From an uncultured virus (IMG/VR IMGVR_UViG_3300014689_000033) (taxonomy: Monodnaviria; Loebvirae; Hofneiviricota; Faserviricetes; Tubulavirales; Inoviridae): a stretch of 51,762 nucleotides of DNA. A program made the position numbers and the translations under genes. How positions within the stretch are numbered: the first letter of the stretch is position 1; each line of letters opens with the position of its first letter. The notes under the pieces were generated by a model that saw only the letters and a list, made by a program, of their open reading frames with translations, searched no databases and had not been told where the DNA came from. Shown here piece by piece: positions 37,880 through 46,857 of this stretch. The stretch covers positions 1 to 51,762 of the IMG/VR virus record IMGVR_UViG_3300014689_000033. One strand, 5' to 3'.

Positions 37880-38569
37880 TTGGATTCGATCGTTTCTCTA
37901 GAATTCGGCACCGGTTTTTTTGAGCAGGATGGTGCATTGGACGCTGAAGCCAATCTGGGCGCTGACCACGAAGATGTTGAGCAACTGCCAAAGCTCAAAC
38001 TGGAATTGCAGGATGTGATTTCGGCTGAAACGGTGAACCCCATCATCGAGGTCCTTCGAAAGGCGAATGATGGCGATCTGATCGAAATCCACCTCCGCCA
38101 TAACGCAGGCGGGAATGTTGATCGGATGGTAGCGCTGATTGAGGCGCTGAACTCTACGGCAGCTCAGGTAGAGATTACGTTTAGCCGCTATGTGATGAGT
38201 GCCGCCGCCACGATTTGGCTATGGTTCTTCATGAGAGAGACAAACCGGGTGAAATCGCTATTCCCAAAAAAGAAGGGAGTTGTGATGTACCACCGGCCAC
38301 GCAGGCAGAGAGGAGGTTATCTTTGTTTCTGCGATGAGATGGCGGCGGATCACCCGCTGCGCGAGCCTCTGCAAGAGAAGATGCGGATGTTCGATGAGCT
38401 GTTCGAAGAAGTCTTCGACCTAATGTGCCGAAACAGCGCGCTGCAGGAGAGTCAACCTGAATTAAAAGCTGAGCTTCATAGCGAAGAAGATCAGCTAATG
38501 TACAAGCATAGCCTGCACAGAATGCGGGACGCTTACTACGGGAACCAAGACTGCCTGATTCCCGTCTAA
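37880..38569 (+). CDS. Moron: ClpP/crotonase-like protein
   Basis: NAGGNV, MSAAA and MYHRP resemble ClpP motifs; AT-richer; TTG start uncertain. Confidence 0.65.
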   Translation: MDSIVSLEFGTGFFEQDGALDAEANLGADHEDVEQLPKLKLELQDVISAETVNPIIEVLRKANDGDLIEIHLRHNAGGNVDRMVALIEALNSTAAQVEITFSRYVMSAAATIWLWFFMRETNRVKSLFPKKKGVVMYHRPRRQRGGYLCFCDEMAADHPLREPLQEKMRMFDELFEEVFDLMCRNSALQESQPELKAELHSEEDQLMYKHSLHRMRDAYYGNQDCLIPV

Positions 38570-38604
38570 ATGGTGAGAGTATCAATGGAGTGGGGAATAG
38601 GCGT

Positions 38605-38778
38605 ATGACTTTTAGATCACTGCGTCATATAGAGCCGTTAACTGATGCCCAGCGTCAGGAGAATGCCGAAAAAACTCGCAAATCGCTTGAATCGTACAAG
38701 CGAGCTGCGCGCGATATTCAAGAGATTTGCGCGAGCAGAGGCATGGACGAGCCGGTAATCGTCGCTAAGACAGCCTGA
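38605..38778 (+). CDS. Small hypothetical protein (57 aa)
   Basis: Follows ClpP-like gene and ends at a terminator. Confidence 0.6.
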   Translation: MTFRSLRHIEPLTDAQRQENAEKTRKSLESYKRAARDIQEICASRGMDEPVIVAKTA

Positions 38779-38785
38779 GAAAACG

Positions 38786-38809
38786 AAAAGCCCCGCATGC
38801 GGGGCTTTT
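38786..38809. terminator. Bidirectional terminator
   Basis: AAAAGCCCCGC-AT-GCGGGGCTTTT between convergent genes. Confidence 0.88.
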
Positions 38810-38815
38810 CTTTGC

Positions 38816-40015
38816 CTATTCAACGATTCCTGCCACATCTACAAGCCAGGTAGCCCAATCCTCGAGGCCCTGGCTTTTTTCTTTCAGGTAGTCGTACCGG
38901 TCATAGTGCTTCGACGAAACATCGCTGAAGGCATGCCCCTGGATGCGATCGCGAAGTTCCTTGCTGATCCCCGCCACACCCATCAGCGTTTTGCAGGTCC
39001 GCCGCAGGTCGCGCAGCGTGAATGGCGTCTTGAACGTGTCCGGGTGCCGCGCGCATAGCTTCGTCACTGCCCGCGACACGGACTGAACGTTGATCGAATT
39101 GTTCTTGTACCGGCCCATGAACGGAAAGGCCTCTTCGCCGGAGACCGGTTTCAGCCGCTCCAGGCATGCGCGGCTCAGGCCGTTGAACGGCACCACATGA
39201 ATCTCCCGCTCGCCTTCTACGCCCTTCTTGCTGCGGATCATGTAGTAGTCGTCGCGGTACATGGTGCGGTCTGACGCCACCACCTGCTCCGGCCGCTGCC
39301 CACCGCTGGCGATCAGGAACTTGATCAGCTCCGCCGTGACCAGGCTCAGCTCCTCTGGCAGCAGGTTCCACAGCGCCGCCAGCTCTTCCTTGCTCAGCAC
39401 GCGCTGCCCTGGGCGCTCCCAATCGCCCTGCACGGGGATGCTCGCCACCGGGTTATAGGTCAACCCGAAGCGCACCTTCGACTTGAGGTAGTCCCGCGGG
39501 TTGTATTCCTGGTTGAGCCCGTGCTGGAACGCCGCATGCAGCTGCGACCGCACCCGGTTGCAGTAGGTGGTCACCTTCGCCTTTATCATCGCGGAGATAA
39601 TGTCCCGGATATCCCCTGGCTCGATGGCGCTGGCCAGCTTCTTCACCAGGTGCGGGAACGGCTCGGAGACATAGTGCTTGAGCGACCATTCCACGTTGCC
39701 GGCCGAGGCCGCACCCTCGGCTTTCAGCTTGGCCACATACGAATCGAGCAGGTTCTGTAGCGTGCCCTCCGCTTCACTCTGCGGCGACGCACCCTTGCAC
39801 TTGTCCCGGGCGACGGTGAGTGACATCGTTGGCCACACGCCGAGCTTGCGTTGCTTCTTCTTGCCGGCCACGAACCACTGGTAGTAGAACTCCTTCGTAC
39901 CGTTGGCGCGAACCTTCAGCAGCAGCACCCCTTCCCCGCGCGCACCGCGCCCGTCGGACATCACATAGTCGCGGTCTTCTGGCTTGAGCGAACGGATCTG
40001 CTTTTCGGTTAGCAT
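38816..40015 (-). CDS. int: Tyrosine integrase with arm-binding domain
   Basis: GQR..., RDLRRT, IQGH, HY catalytic residues; adjacent to att. Confidence 0.95.
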   Translation of the reverse strand: MLTEKQIRSLKPEDRDYVMSDGRGARGEGVLLLKVRANGTKEFYYQWFVAGKKKQRKLGVWPTMSLTVARDKCKGASPQSEAEGTLQNLLDSYVAKLKAEGAASAGNVEWSLKHYVSEPFPHLVKKLASAIEPGDIRDIISAMIKAKVTTYCNRVRSQLHAAFQHGLNQEYNPRDYLKSKVRFGLTYNPVASIPVQGDWERPGQRVLSKEELAALWNLLPEELSLVTAELIKFLIASGGQRPEQVVASDRTMYRDDYYMIRSKKGVEGEREIHVVPFNGLSRACLERLKPVSGEEAFPFMGRYKNNSINVQSVSRAVTKLCARHPDTFKTPFTLRDLRRTCKTLMGVAGISKELRDRIQGHAFSDVSSKHYDRYDYLKEKSQGLEDWATWLVDVAGIVE

Positions 40016-40168
40016 GCGTGACAGTTTCCGGTGACAGTTGTCCCGAACTAACACGAAATTCGGCGGGACAGATTGAGACTGAGCCGGAAGCCCCAGCCCA
40101 TACAGGACGGGGATTGTAGCGCCTTTACGATACCTCGCGTTATACCCTGATATTTGGCCCGTTATAGA

Positions 40169-40212
40169 TTCCCAAGCTCATGACGAGGGTTCGATTCCCT
40201 TCGCCCGCTCCA
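40169..40212 (+). pseudogene. 3' half of tRNA-Gly(CCC), attachment site
   Basis: TTCCCAA anticodon loop, T-arm GAGGGTTCGATTCCCTT, CCA end; 5' half absent. Confidence 0.88.
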
Positions 40213-40225
40213 GACACCTAACGTT

Positions 40226-40251
40226 AAGGCCCTGTTTTTACAGGGCTTTTT
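40226..40251 (+). terminator. Terminator after tRNA 3' end
   Basis: GCCCTGT/ACAGGGC stem then T-run. Confidence 0.8.
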
Positions 40252-40312
40252 CGTTTCTGGCTTTTGGTGGTGTCGAAGAAGTGTCGAAAAGGTCCAGCCG
40301 TACAGGCCGAGA

Positions 40313-40603
40313 TCAGACCGAAGAAAGCGCCTGGATGACGTGCTTCGGATCGTTATGGATGGCGCGCAGCAGCGCTTTTGCGGGTCCGGTCGGTTCGCGT
40401 CGGCCTTGTTCCCAGTTACGCAGCGTACCCAGTTGAACGTCGATCATCGCCGCGAACTTGGCCTGGGTCAGACCGGTTGCTTTGCGGATCTCTTTCACCT
40501 GCAGCGAGTCGACGACGAATTCCCGCGAGGGTTGACGTTCGCCACGGTGAATCTCGTCCATCTGCTGGACGCTTTCCAGAAGGTCTTCGAAGAATTTGCT
40601 CAT
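40313..40603 (-). CDS. higA: HigA-like HTH antitoxin
   Basis: IRKATGLTQAKFA...TLRNWEQGRREP. Confidence 0.88.
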   Translation of the reverse strand: MSKFFEDLLESVQQMDEIHRGERQPSREFVVDSLQVKEIRKATGLTQAKFAAMIDVQLGTLRNWEQGRREPTGPAKALLRAIHNDPKHVIQALSSV

Positions 40604-40608
40604 GGTGA

Positions 40609-40923
40609 TTACCTCCACCGCTCGATGATTTGCTTGAGCACCTTGCGCTCATCTGCCGTCAGGTCGTCCTTCTCGTTCTTCGGATAGATCAGCAGTAATG
40701 CGATCTGCGAAGCCGCCGTGAAGTGGTAGTAGATGACCCTGGACCCGCCTCGCTTGCCGTGACCGCCAGACGCAACGCGAACCTTGCGAATGCCGCCAGT
40801 ACCTTCAATCACATCGCCCATGTCCGGCCGGTCAGCCAGTTGCCGCTGAAACTCCGCGTAGCTGTCATCGCTAAGCAGATCCCGCAGGCGCTTGGTGAAG
40901 ATCGGTGTCTCGATAAAGATCAT
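40609..40923 (-). CDS. higB: HigB/RelE-family toxin
   Basis: FIETPIF, GTGGIRKVR, GKRGGSRVIYY, YPKNEKDDL. Confidence 0.9.
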   Translation of the reverse strand: MIFIETPIFTKRLRDLLSDDSYAEFQRQLADRPDMGDVIEGTGGIRKVRVASGGHGKRGGSRVIYYHFTAASQIALLLIYPKNEKDDLTADERKVLKQIIERWR

Positions 40924-40929
40924 AAACGA

Positions 40930-40958
40930 ATAGTACGCCAGTGGCGCACCCCCTTCAA
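40930..40958 (-). promoter_or_regulatory. TA promoter with operator palindrome
   Basis: TTGAAG-17-TACTAT, 6 nt before ATG; GTACGCCA-G-TGGCGCAC at 40933..40949. Confidence 0.75.
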
Positions 40959-40967
40959 TTGATTCGA

Positions 40968-41975
40968 TTACTGGCTGGCGAGCGGTAACGTGATGCCGGC
41001 CAACGGTCCTAACCTGATCGCATCGTTCAAATGCTCAGGCGCGAGGTGGGCATACCTCATCGTCATGTTCAGCGACGCATGGCCCAGGATCTCTTTCAGC
41101 GTCACGATATGCCCACCGCCCATGATGAAGTGAGCTGCGAACGTGTGGCGCAGGATGTGGCTTGCCTGTCCGCGTGGTGGCTTGATCGAGGTCGAGAGCA
41201 GGACCAGCCGAAACACGCCAATGCAGTTGGTGAACGGCCCGTAGGTTTGCCAGTGCTTCTTGATCGCCGCCACCAGCTCGGGCGTCACTGGGACCATCCG
41301 CACGCGCTTCGACTTGGTATTGGCAAACACCAGGGCGTTGCCTCGAATCCGCTCCGGTCGAAGCGCTTGAGCCTCACCCCACCTCGCCCCGGTCGCCAGA
41401 CAGATCCGCGCCACCATCGCCGGATGTGGAGACGTGGTCCGCGCCTGGAGTGCATCGAGCAGTTCGGATATCTGCGGTTTGGTCAGGTAGGCCAAGGGGC
41501 GCTCCTGCAACCGAACCGGACGAATACGGGTGAAAGGACAGGGATAGTCGATTACGTCGAGTTTATGCAGCTCGTTGTAAACGGCTTTCAGGTAGCCGAG
41601 GCGATTGTTCGCCGTCTTGCCGGTGACGCCAGCTGACATCCAACGCGCGCGTGTGGCGGCGACCTTCGCGCCATCGACCATACGAGCTATCGGATCGCCC
41701 ATCGCCTTTGCACACGCCCGCAGGATCGCCACACGCCGAACGCCATCGGAGAGCGAGACGCCGTGAAGGTCGAACCACAGCTCGACCAGCTCTGACAGCC
41801 TGCGTTTATCCTTTGGCCGCGGTGCCCAATCGTTCGATTCGCTGCACTTGGCTCGACAGGTCGCCTCGAAGCGCATTGCCTCGGCCTTGGTCTTCAGCGT
41901 CTTGCGAAACCGCTTGCCCTTGACCGGCTCAACATCAACCCGCCAGCGACCGTCAGAGAGCTGCTGGATCGCCAT
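40968..41975 (-). CDS. Pf-type tyrosine integrase
   Basis: TGARWGE, HILRHTFA, ILGH, RYAH. Confidence 0.95.
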   Translation of the reverse strand: MAIQQLSDGRWRVDVEPVKGKRFRKTLKTKAEAMRFEATCRAKCSESNDWAPRPKDKRRLSELVELWFDLHGVSLSDGVRRVAILRACAKAMGDPIARMVDGAKVAATRARWMSAGVTGKTANNRLGYLKAVYNELHKLDVIDYPCPFTRIRPVRLQERPLAYLTKPQISELLDALQARTTSPHPAMVARICLATGARWGEAQALRPERIRGNALVFANTKSKRVRMVPVTPELVAAIKKHWQTYGPFTNCIGVFRLVLLSTSIKPPRGQASHILRHTFAAHFIMGGGHIVTLKEILGHASLNMTMRYAHLAPEHLNDAIRLGPLAGITLPLASQ

Positions 41976-43252
41976 CAGACCGCTCTGCCCCATCGAACGT
42001 GGCGTTCTTGAAGCAACGTTTTGATGTGCTTGTACAGATCACGCTCGCTCATGTCCTTGGCGGCATAGTGGTCACGAATGACCGGCCAGCATTCCCAATC
42101 CTTCAGTCGATCAAATGCGGTTTTAGCGCCCACTCGCTCCCGTGCCAGCAGGCTTACGAAGTTTCCCAGGAATAGCTCCACGTTCTTGCCCGAGAAGCCC
42201 CGTGAGGTCTTGTAGTAGCGCTTGTATTCCGTTTCATCGACCAGGGAATCGACCGCCACGTCGACCCGCACGTCATCACGCATCAGCGTCCAGATCGGTT
42301 CGTATTGCCCTGGGCGGTGCAGCAACTTGAACTGGCACAGCCCGTAGCGCCACAGGCCGTCCAAATGGGCGGAGAACGCCGCAAACGAATCCGTCTCAAT
42401 GGCCTCGCCGGTCTTGGCACTGATCGACCCGCTGGCGAACTGCTGGATGACCGAATGGTGGTAGCGCAGCTCGACCCGCCACACGTCCGCCTCAGGATCG
42501 TAGTTATCAGGGTCGGTCGAATCGAACGAATCCCGGCGACGCCAGACGCTTTCCCAGAAGTCGAGCTTATCGGTCGCGCGGGCCTGTTCGGTTTTGTTGT
42601 AGATGCAGAGCTGCACGCCACCAGCAGAACCGAACATGGATGTTTCGCCACGACCGTAGACGCTGGACTTGGTCGCCCAGTTGATTTCCTTGATACCCGA
42701 GATATCCCGGTGCGTCCGCGCGCGACAGTGCAGGCGTGCCACCAGATCCACCGGTGGCTTCCAGCCCTGGAGATCCAACGCCAGATGAACAGCGCATTGG
42801 TTGCGTTCGCGGTGTGTCATCACGGCTGCGGCGTAGTAGTCCATCCGCTCTTGAAGACGCTCAGGCGACAGCGCGTCGATGGCGTGCGGTGACACTTCGA
42901 TTTTCAGATGCGGGCCGATGTTCTCGAGCTTGGCGTTGAAGTTCTTGATGAGCAGGATGAAGCCGAGGTCGGCGTTCTGCAGCTTGTACTGGTACCCCGA
43001 GTCCCGCCCTACCCGTCCGGCGTGCCAGAACTCCCCGGCAAACTCGACCATGACGCCCGGTTTCTCGAACAGCGCCATGATTTCCGGGCGGATCAGTCCT
43101 CGGTACAGCTGGCGGACCGTATCGACGCCGCAACGCAGCAAGCGAACGCCCGACAGGTCAGTCAGCTTGGCCGAATGGCTATCGAAGAACAGTCGCCCGG
43201 TTGGGGTTTCCTGAAAGTTCTGATCAACACGAATTTGGTCTTTAACGCTCAT
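41975..43252 (-). CDS. Pf replication initiator
   Basis: Between zot and int; GVDTVRQLY, YNKT, VWRVELR. Confidence 0.85.
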   Translation of the reverse strand: MSVKDQIRVDQNFQETPTGRLFFDSHSAKLTDLSGVRLLRCGVDTVRQLYRGLIRPEIMALFEKPGVMVEFAGEFWHAGRVGRDSGYQYKLQNADLGFILLIKNFNAKLENIGPHLKIEVSPHAIDALSPERLQERMDYYAAAVMTHRERNQCAVHLALDLQGWKPPVDLVARLHCRARTHRDISGIKEINWATKSSVYGRGETSMFGSAGGVQLCIYNKTEQARATDKLDFWESVWRRRDSFDSTDPDNYDPEADVWRVELRYHHSVIQQFASGSISAKTGEAIETDSFAAFSAHLDGLWRYGLCQFKLLHRPGQYEPIWTLMRDDVRVDVAVDSLVDETEYKRYYKTSRGFSGKNVELFLGNFVSLLARERVGAKTAFDRLKDWECWPVIRDHYAAKDMSERDLYKHIKTLLQERHVRWGRAV

Positions 43253-43302
43253 TCTCTTCTGCTCCAAATTGCAACGAATTGACACTGTTCAGTTGGGTTT
43301 AT

Positions 43303-43395
43303 CTGACGTGTTACAGGGACGTCAGCGCGCGCGTTTGCACGCCGGCTCGTGCCTCGCCGCGCGTGCAAAGAGCGCGGAGCGCACGCGCGCTGACG
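43303..43395. other. Hairpins: candidate rolling-circle origin / packaging signal
   Basis: CTGACGT-9-ACGTCAG and long GTCAGCGCGCG...CGCGCGCTGAC fold in the zot-rep gap. Confidence 0.55.
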
Positions 43396-43399
43396 GTCA

Positions 43400-44584
43400 T
43401 CACCACAGAAATTTCCCCTTCTCATAGGGCACCACGACCACGGACGAGCCTTTCGGGGCTGACTGCAGGCCGCTGGCGACCGCCTGTTCGAGTGCCGGAG
43501 GCGGACTGCCGGCGTGCATCGGCGCTTGTGGCGGTTCGGGGTCGGGCTTGGTGTCGTCGAAGTAGCCGTTCTGCACGACCGACATGCAGAAGCCGAACGA
43601 CACATCCAGGCGCGTGCCTTGCTGGGTGTTGCATCGACAGCCCGTCAGCCCTTCATCGCTGTCGCCGACTTGCATGCGCTTGTAGTTGCGGGCGATCAGC
43701 TCGCGGTCGGTGGTGGCGATGCACACAGGCTTGGGGAAGGTCTGCGGCTCGGTCAGTGCGTCATACACCGGCGCCGATGCCGGCAGGTCCTGCACCCTGG
43801 GGACACGCTTGCCCAGGTACTGCTCGACGGTGAGCGGCGCGGCCTGTTCGGCATCGGCACTGGGTCGGATGAACGCTCCGACCGTATCCCGCACCTGATC
43901 GACCATGCTCCCGGCCGGCGCGCTGGTAGCCGTCGCGGCCTGCGCTTTCTCGGCGGCGTAGCGCTCATAGGCGCGATAAACGAGGATGCCGGCACCGAGG
44001 ATCACGCACAGCGCCAAGATGAACTTGGTCGGCACCTTGGCCTGGAAGTGGTGCTTGGCGTTGGTGCTGGTGTAGGCGCCGAAGTAGCGCTTATCCAGGC
44101 GCAGCGACTTCTTGTCGGCATCCTTGAAGCTGGTTTTCAGCTCGACCTTTTCCACCACCACTTCCGACTCGAAGCGCAGCAGCTGGGCGGACTTGAAGAC
44201 GCGCCAGTAGTGAATGTGCGTGTTGCACAGCCGACGCAGGTGCACATCCAGATAGCGCGGGTCCTGGGTGACGAGGTGAACTTCGTGGCCCTGATGGCGC
44301 ATCGTCTCGAAGCGGGTGATGTGCTCCGGTGGCCGCGCCCGTGGATCGCGTGCGCCGAACCAGCCCTGCGCTTCGTCCACCACGATGATCGAGTCGTTCG
44401 GCAGCTCAAACCACTTCTCAGGATCTTCAAACTCGAACCACTGCGCTTGCAGCTGATCGGGCTTCAGGCCGTTGATGTTGTGGAAGTAGACGACACGGCC
44501 TTCGGCATGGGCCTTCTGATCGACTTCGCGAATGGTGTTGAGGGTCTTGCCATGACCGGGCTTGCCGGTGCGGATAACGAGCAT
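43400..44584 (-). CDS. zot: Zot-like assembly ATPase (pI)
   Basis: GKPGHGKT, VVDEAQ, RH.G...LVTQ, TM helix. Confidence 0.95.
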   Translation of the reverse strand: MLVIRTGKPGHGKTLNTIREVDQKAHAEGRVVYFHNINGLKPDQLQAQWFEFEDPEKWFELPNDSIIVVDEAQGWFGARDPRARPPEHITRFETMRHQGHEVHLVTQDPRYLDVHLRRLCNTHIHYWRVFKSAQLLRFESEVVVEKVELKTSFKDADKKSLRLDKRYFGAYTSTNAKHHFQAKVPTKFILALCVILGAGILVYRAYERYAAEKAQAATATSAPAGSMVDQVRDTVGAFIRPSADAEQAAPLTVEQYLGKRVPRVQDLPASAPVYDALTEPQTFPKPVCIATTDRELIARNYKRMQVGDSDEGLTGCRCNTQQGTRLDVSFGFCMSVVQNGYFDDTKPDPEPPQAPMHAGSPPPALEQAVASGLQSAPKGSSVVVVPYEKGKFLW

Positions 44585-44596
44585 GACGGCGCCTCC

Positions 44597-44923
44597 TTAG
44601 GCTTCGATGGAGGTGCCGCCCGGCTTGTGCCAGACCTGATTGCGACGGCGGTCGGTGGCCTTGTCGATCCCGGCGAGCATGAAGCGCGTTGAGATGGCGG
44701 CGAAATACAGGTTCACCACCACATCGAACTTGGCCAGGCCGAGAATCCCCTGGATGACCGGACCCACATCGCCCATTAGGCCGAACAGGTAGTCCTGGGC
44801 TTGGCCGATGATCATGTTGAAGCCGATATAGGAGACGAAGCCGAACCCGATCATTTTCAGCACCATCTTCACCAGCGGGCCGAGGATGATGACGAGCATC
44901 TGCACGATGAATAGAAACTGCAT
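44597..44923 (-). CDS. Minor coat protein pVI-like
   Basis: Hydrophobic 108 aa between pIII and zot. Confidence 0.85.
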   Translation of the reverse strand: MQFLFIVQMLVIILGPLVKMVLKMIGFGFVSYIGFNMIIGQAQDYLFGLMGDVGPVIQGILGLAKFDVVVNLYFAAISTRFMLAGIDKATDRRRNQVWHKPGGTSIEA

Positions 44924-46275
44924 TACTGACCTCCTACGGAGCGGCCCACGTACAGTGCAGCCAGGACGGTAGCCACGGCCACGAACAGGCCGCTCAGGTC
45001 ACTGGCGGCGCGGCATAGCGGCTCGTAACTGAGCTGGAAGGAGCGCCCACCTGCGGTGCGCAGGCTGAAGGTTTCGGCGCTGGGGCAAGCGGCAGGCAGG
45101 AAGCGGGTGCCCTGGTTGATGAAGGACGGCAGCTGAATCTCGGCGCCTTCCTCGAGCTTGAACTTGTCGCCCTGCACAGCGGATTCGATAGCCGGTTTGT
45201 GCTTTTCGAAGTCGGCCTGTTCTTCGACGTGGCAGCGCAGTTCCTTTTGCTGGCGGAGGATGGCGCACTGGACGGCATCGCCCGTGCACTTCACCTCAGC
45301 GTCACAGGCTTCACCTTCTACGCTGGGCTTACCGCACTTGTTTGGGTCCTTGGCGGGATCGCATTCGGCCTCGCCTTCACCTTCACCATTACCTTCGCCG
45401 TCACCTTCGCCGTCACCTTCGCCATCGCCATCGCCATCGCCTTCACCTTCACCATCTCCCTCGCCGTTACCTTCACCGTCACCTTCGCCGTCTCCGTCTT
45501 CTTCTCCATCGCCGGGCTCGTTGGGATCAGGGTTCTCGGTGTCGTCGCAGCCGCCTACCTCAACTTCGGGATCACATGGCGGGGGCGGTTCCTTGCTGCA
45601 GAAGGTGCCGTTCCAGACGTAGCCGGACGGGCATTGGTTATCGGGGTCAGGCGTCGGGGTTTCGTTGGGATCGGTCTGCTGGCCGGGGTTGCCCGGTTGC
45701 TTGCGGGTGTCTTCGTTGCACTCGATGCCGTTGCCGGTGTAGCTGTACACACCGAACACGCCGGGTGGATTGCCGCTGCTGTAGACGTAAACGTTGCTGG
45801 CCGGGGTGAAGCCGAAGGCGTACTGGCAGCTATTGGCGCAAACCGATCCAGGCGGATCGATCACCGGCTGACCAACCGCTTCCTTCATCTTGTGTTCGTG
45901 GGTGACGACCTGGCCGATGGTGGCTTCGCATGCGCTCGGTGGCGCGAGGCAGGCGCCGGTAGCGAGGTCAAATTCAGTGCCAGCCGGGCAACCATCGCCA
46001 TACCTGTTAACGGACAATATGAAACCAGCATTAGAACCGTCTGACCGCTTACCAGCGCAGCTAGCGTTAGACGGTTTTGAGGGGTTTATATATACGTATG
46101 AGTAAGTAATTCCGTTTGCCGGGTAATCGCTCGCTGCAAATGCAGCAATACATGCGGCTTCGGCTGAAGGGTAAGTAACAGAGCTTGTTCCATGCTTCCA
46201 CTCATAAGGTGCAGAGAGCGCCGCAAATGAAAGGAGCGTTAGCGGAACTAGCGCCAAGCGAACAATCCATTTCAT
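44923..46275 (-). CDS. coaA: Adsorption protein pIII
   Basis: Signal peptide MKWIVRL, Cys pairs, G/D/E linker, C-terminal TM. Confidence 0.9.
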   Translation of the reverse strand: MKWIVRLALVPLTLLSFAALSAPYEWKHGTSSVTYPSAEAACIAAFAASDYPANGITYSYVYINPSKPSNASCAGKRSDGSNAGFILSVNRYGDGCPAGTEFDLATGACLAPPSACEATIGQVVTHEHKMKEAVGQPVIDPPGSVCANSCQYAFGFTPASNVYVYSSGNPPGVFGVYSYTGNGIECNEDTRKQPGNPGQQTDPNETPTPDPDNQCPSGYVWNGTFCSKEPPPPCDPEVEVGGCDDTENPDPNEPGDGEEDGDGEGDGEGNGEGDGEGEGDGDGDGEGDGEGDGEGNGEGEGEAECDPAKDPNKCGKPSVEGEACDAEVKCTGDAVQCAILRQQKELRCHVEEQADFEKHKPAIESAVQGDKFKLEEGAEIQLPSFINQGTRFLPAACPSAETFSLRTAGGRSFQLSYEPLCRAASDLSGLFVAVATVLAALYVGRSVGGQ

Positions 46276-46277
46276 CG

Positions 46278-46349
46278 TTACACCCGCCCAAAAAACACGA
46301 GATAAAACGCCAGGGTGGTGAGGATCAGGACGTACAGTTCGTAGCTCAT
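46278..46349 (-). CDS. 23-aa hydrophobic peptide MSYELYVLILTTLAFYLVFFGRV
   Basis: Hand-translated; AGGGA SD; stop 2 nt before pIII ATG. Confidence 0.55.
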   Translation of the reverse strand: MSYELYVLILTTLAFYLVFFGRV

Positions 46350-46367
46350 GGCGTTTCCCTAGAAGAG

Positions 46368-46390
46368 AAAACCCCGCCGGAGCGGGGTTT
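46368..46390 (-). terminator. Terminator after coaB
   Basis: AAACCCCGC/GCGGGGTTT stem with T-rich tail. Confidence 0.85.
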
Positions 46391-46424
46391 GTTTGCTTCG
46401 GCACATGCAGTGCGCGGTTCCCGG

Positions 46425-46631
46425 TTACAGGGCGCGGCGCATGTACTTGAACGCCATCGCGGCGATGATCACGGCGAAGACGGCCCAGCCGATGGTCCCA
46501 ACGTCGGTGCCCGCGGTGTCGAGGGCTTCGGTGGCTTCGGCCGGGACGGCGGCGTAGGCCTGTTGAACAGCCAGCAGGCCGGTTGCAGCAGCGGCGCCCA
46601 GGGAGCGGCGCAGAGTCTTGGTGTGTTGCAT
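46425..46631 (-). CDS. coaB: Major coat protein (pVIII)
   Basis: Signal peptide (AYA), acidic N-terminus, TM, basic KYMRRAL. Confidence 0.92.
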   Translation of the reverse strand: MQHTKTLRRSLGAAAATGLLAVQQAYAAVPAEATEALDTAGTDVGTIGWAVFAVIIAAMAFKYMRRAL

Positions 46632-46641
46632 GGTTGATACC

Positions 46642-46857
46642 TCACTGTTTCAGGGCTTTTTTCAGGACCAGGAAGCCGAACACGGTGGCGAACAGAACAA
46701 TCGCTTCGCCTTGCAGCTCGGAGACTTGGTCCCAGGTCAGTGCAGAGCCGTAGAGGCTTTGCATTTCCTCGACCGTGAGGGCGACCAGCGAGCCGGAGCA
46801 GATGGGCGAGCCATCGGCGCCTTGCAGCCAGTCACCGTCACAGGCGAGGAAATTCAT
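46642..46857 (-). CDS. Minor virion protein
   Basis: C..W....G...C and C-terminal TM, directly upstream of coaB. Confidence 0.75.
   Translation of the reverse strand: MNFLACDGDWLQGADGSPICSGSLVALTVEEMQSLYGSALTWDQVSELQGEAIVLFATVFGFLVLKKALKQ

Larger units (their letters stand above)
1..40212. mobile_element. Temperate siphovirus prophage (HK97-type head), left end outside window
   Basis: Lysis, tail, head, packaging, replication, immunity and integration modules in lambdoid order, ending at a tRNA-Gly 3' fragment beside a tyrosine integrase. Confidence 0.95.

Noticed and set aside
40137..40212. Intact tRNA-Gly
   Set aside because: Upstream bases cannot form the acceptor, D or anticodon stems
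45370..45505. G/D/E-coding repeat as a novelty
   Set aside because: Ordinary glycine-rich pIII linker
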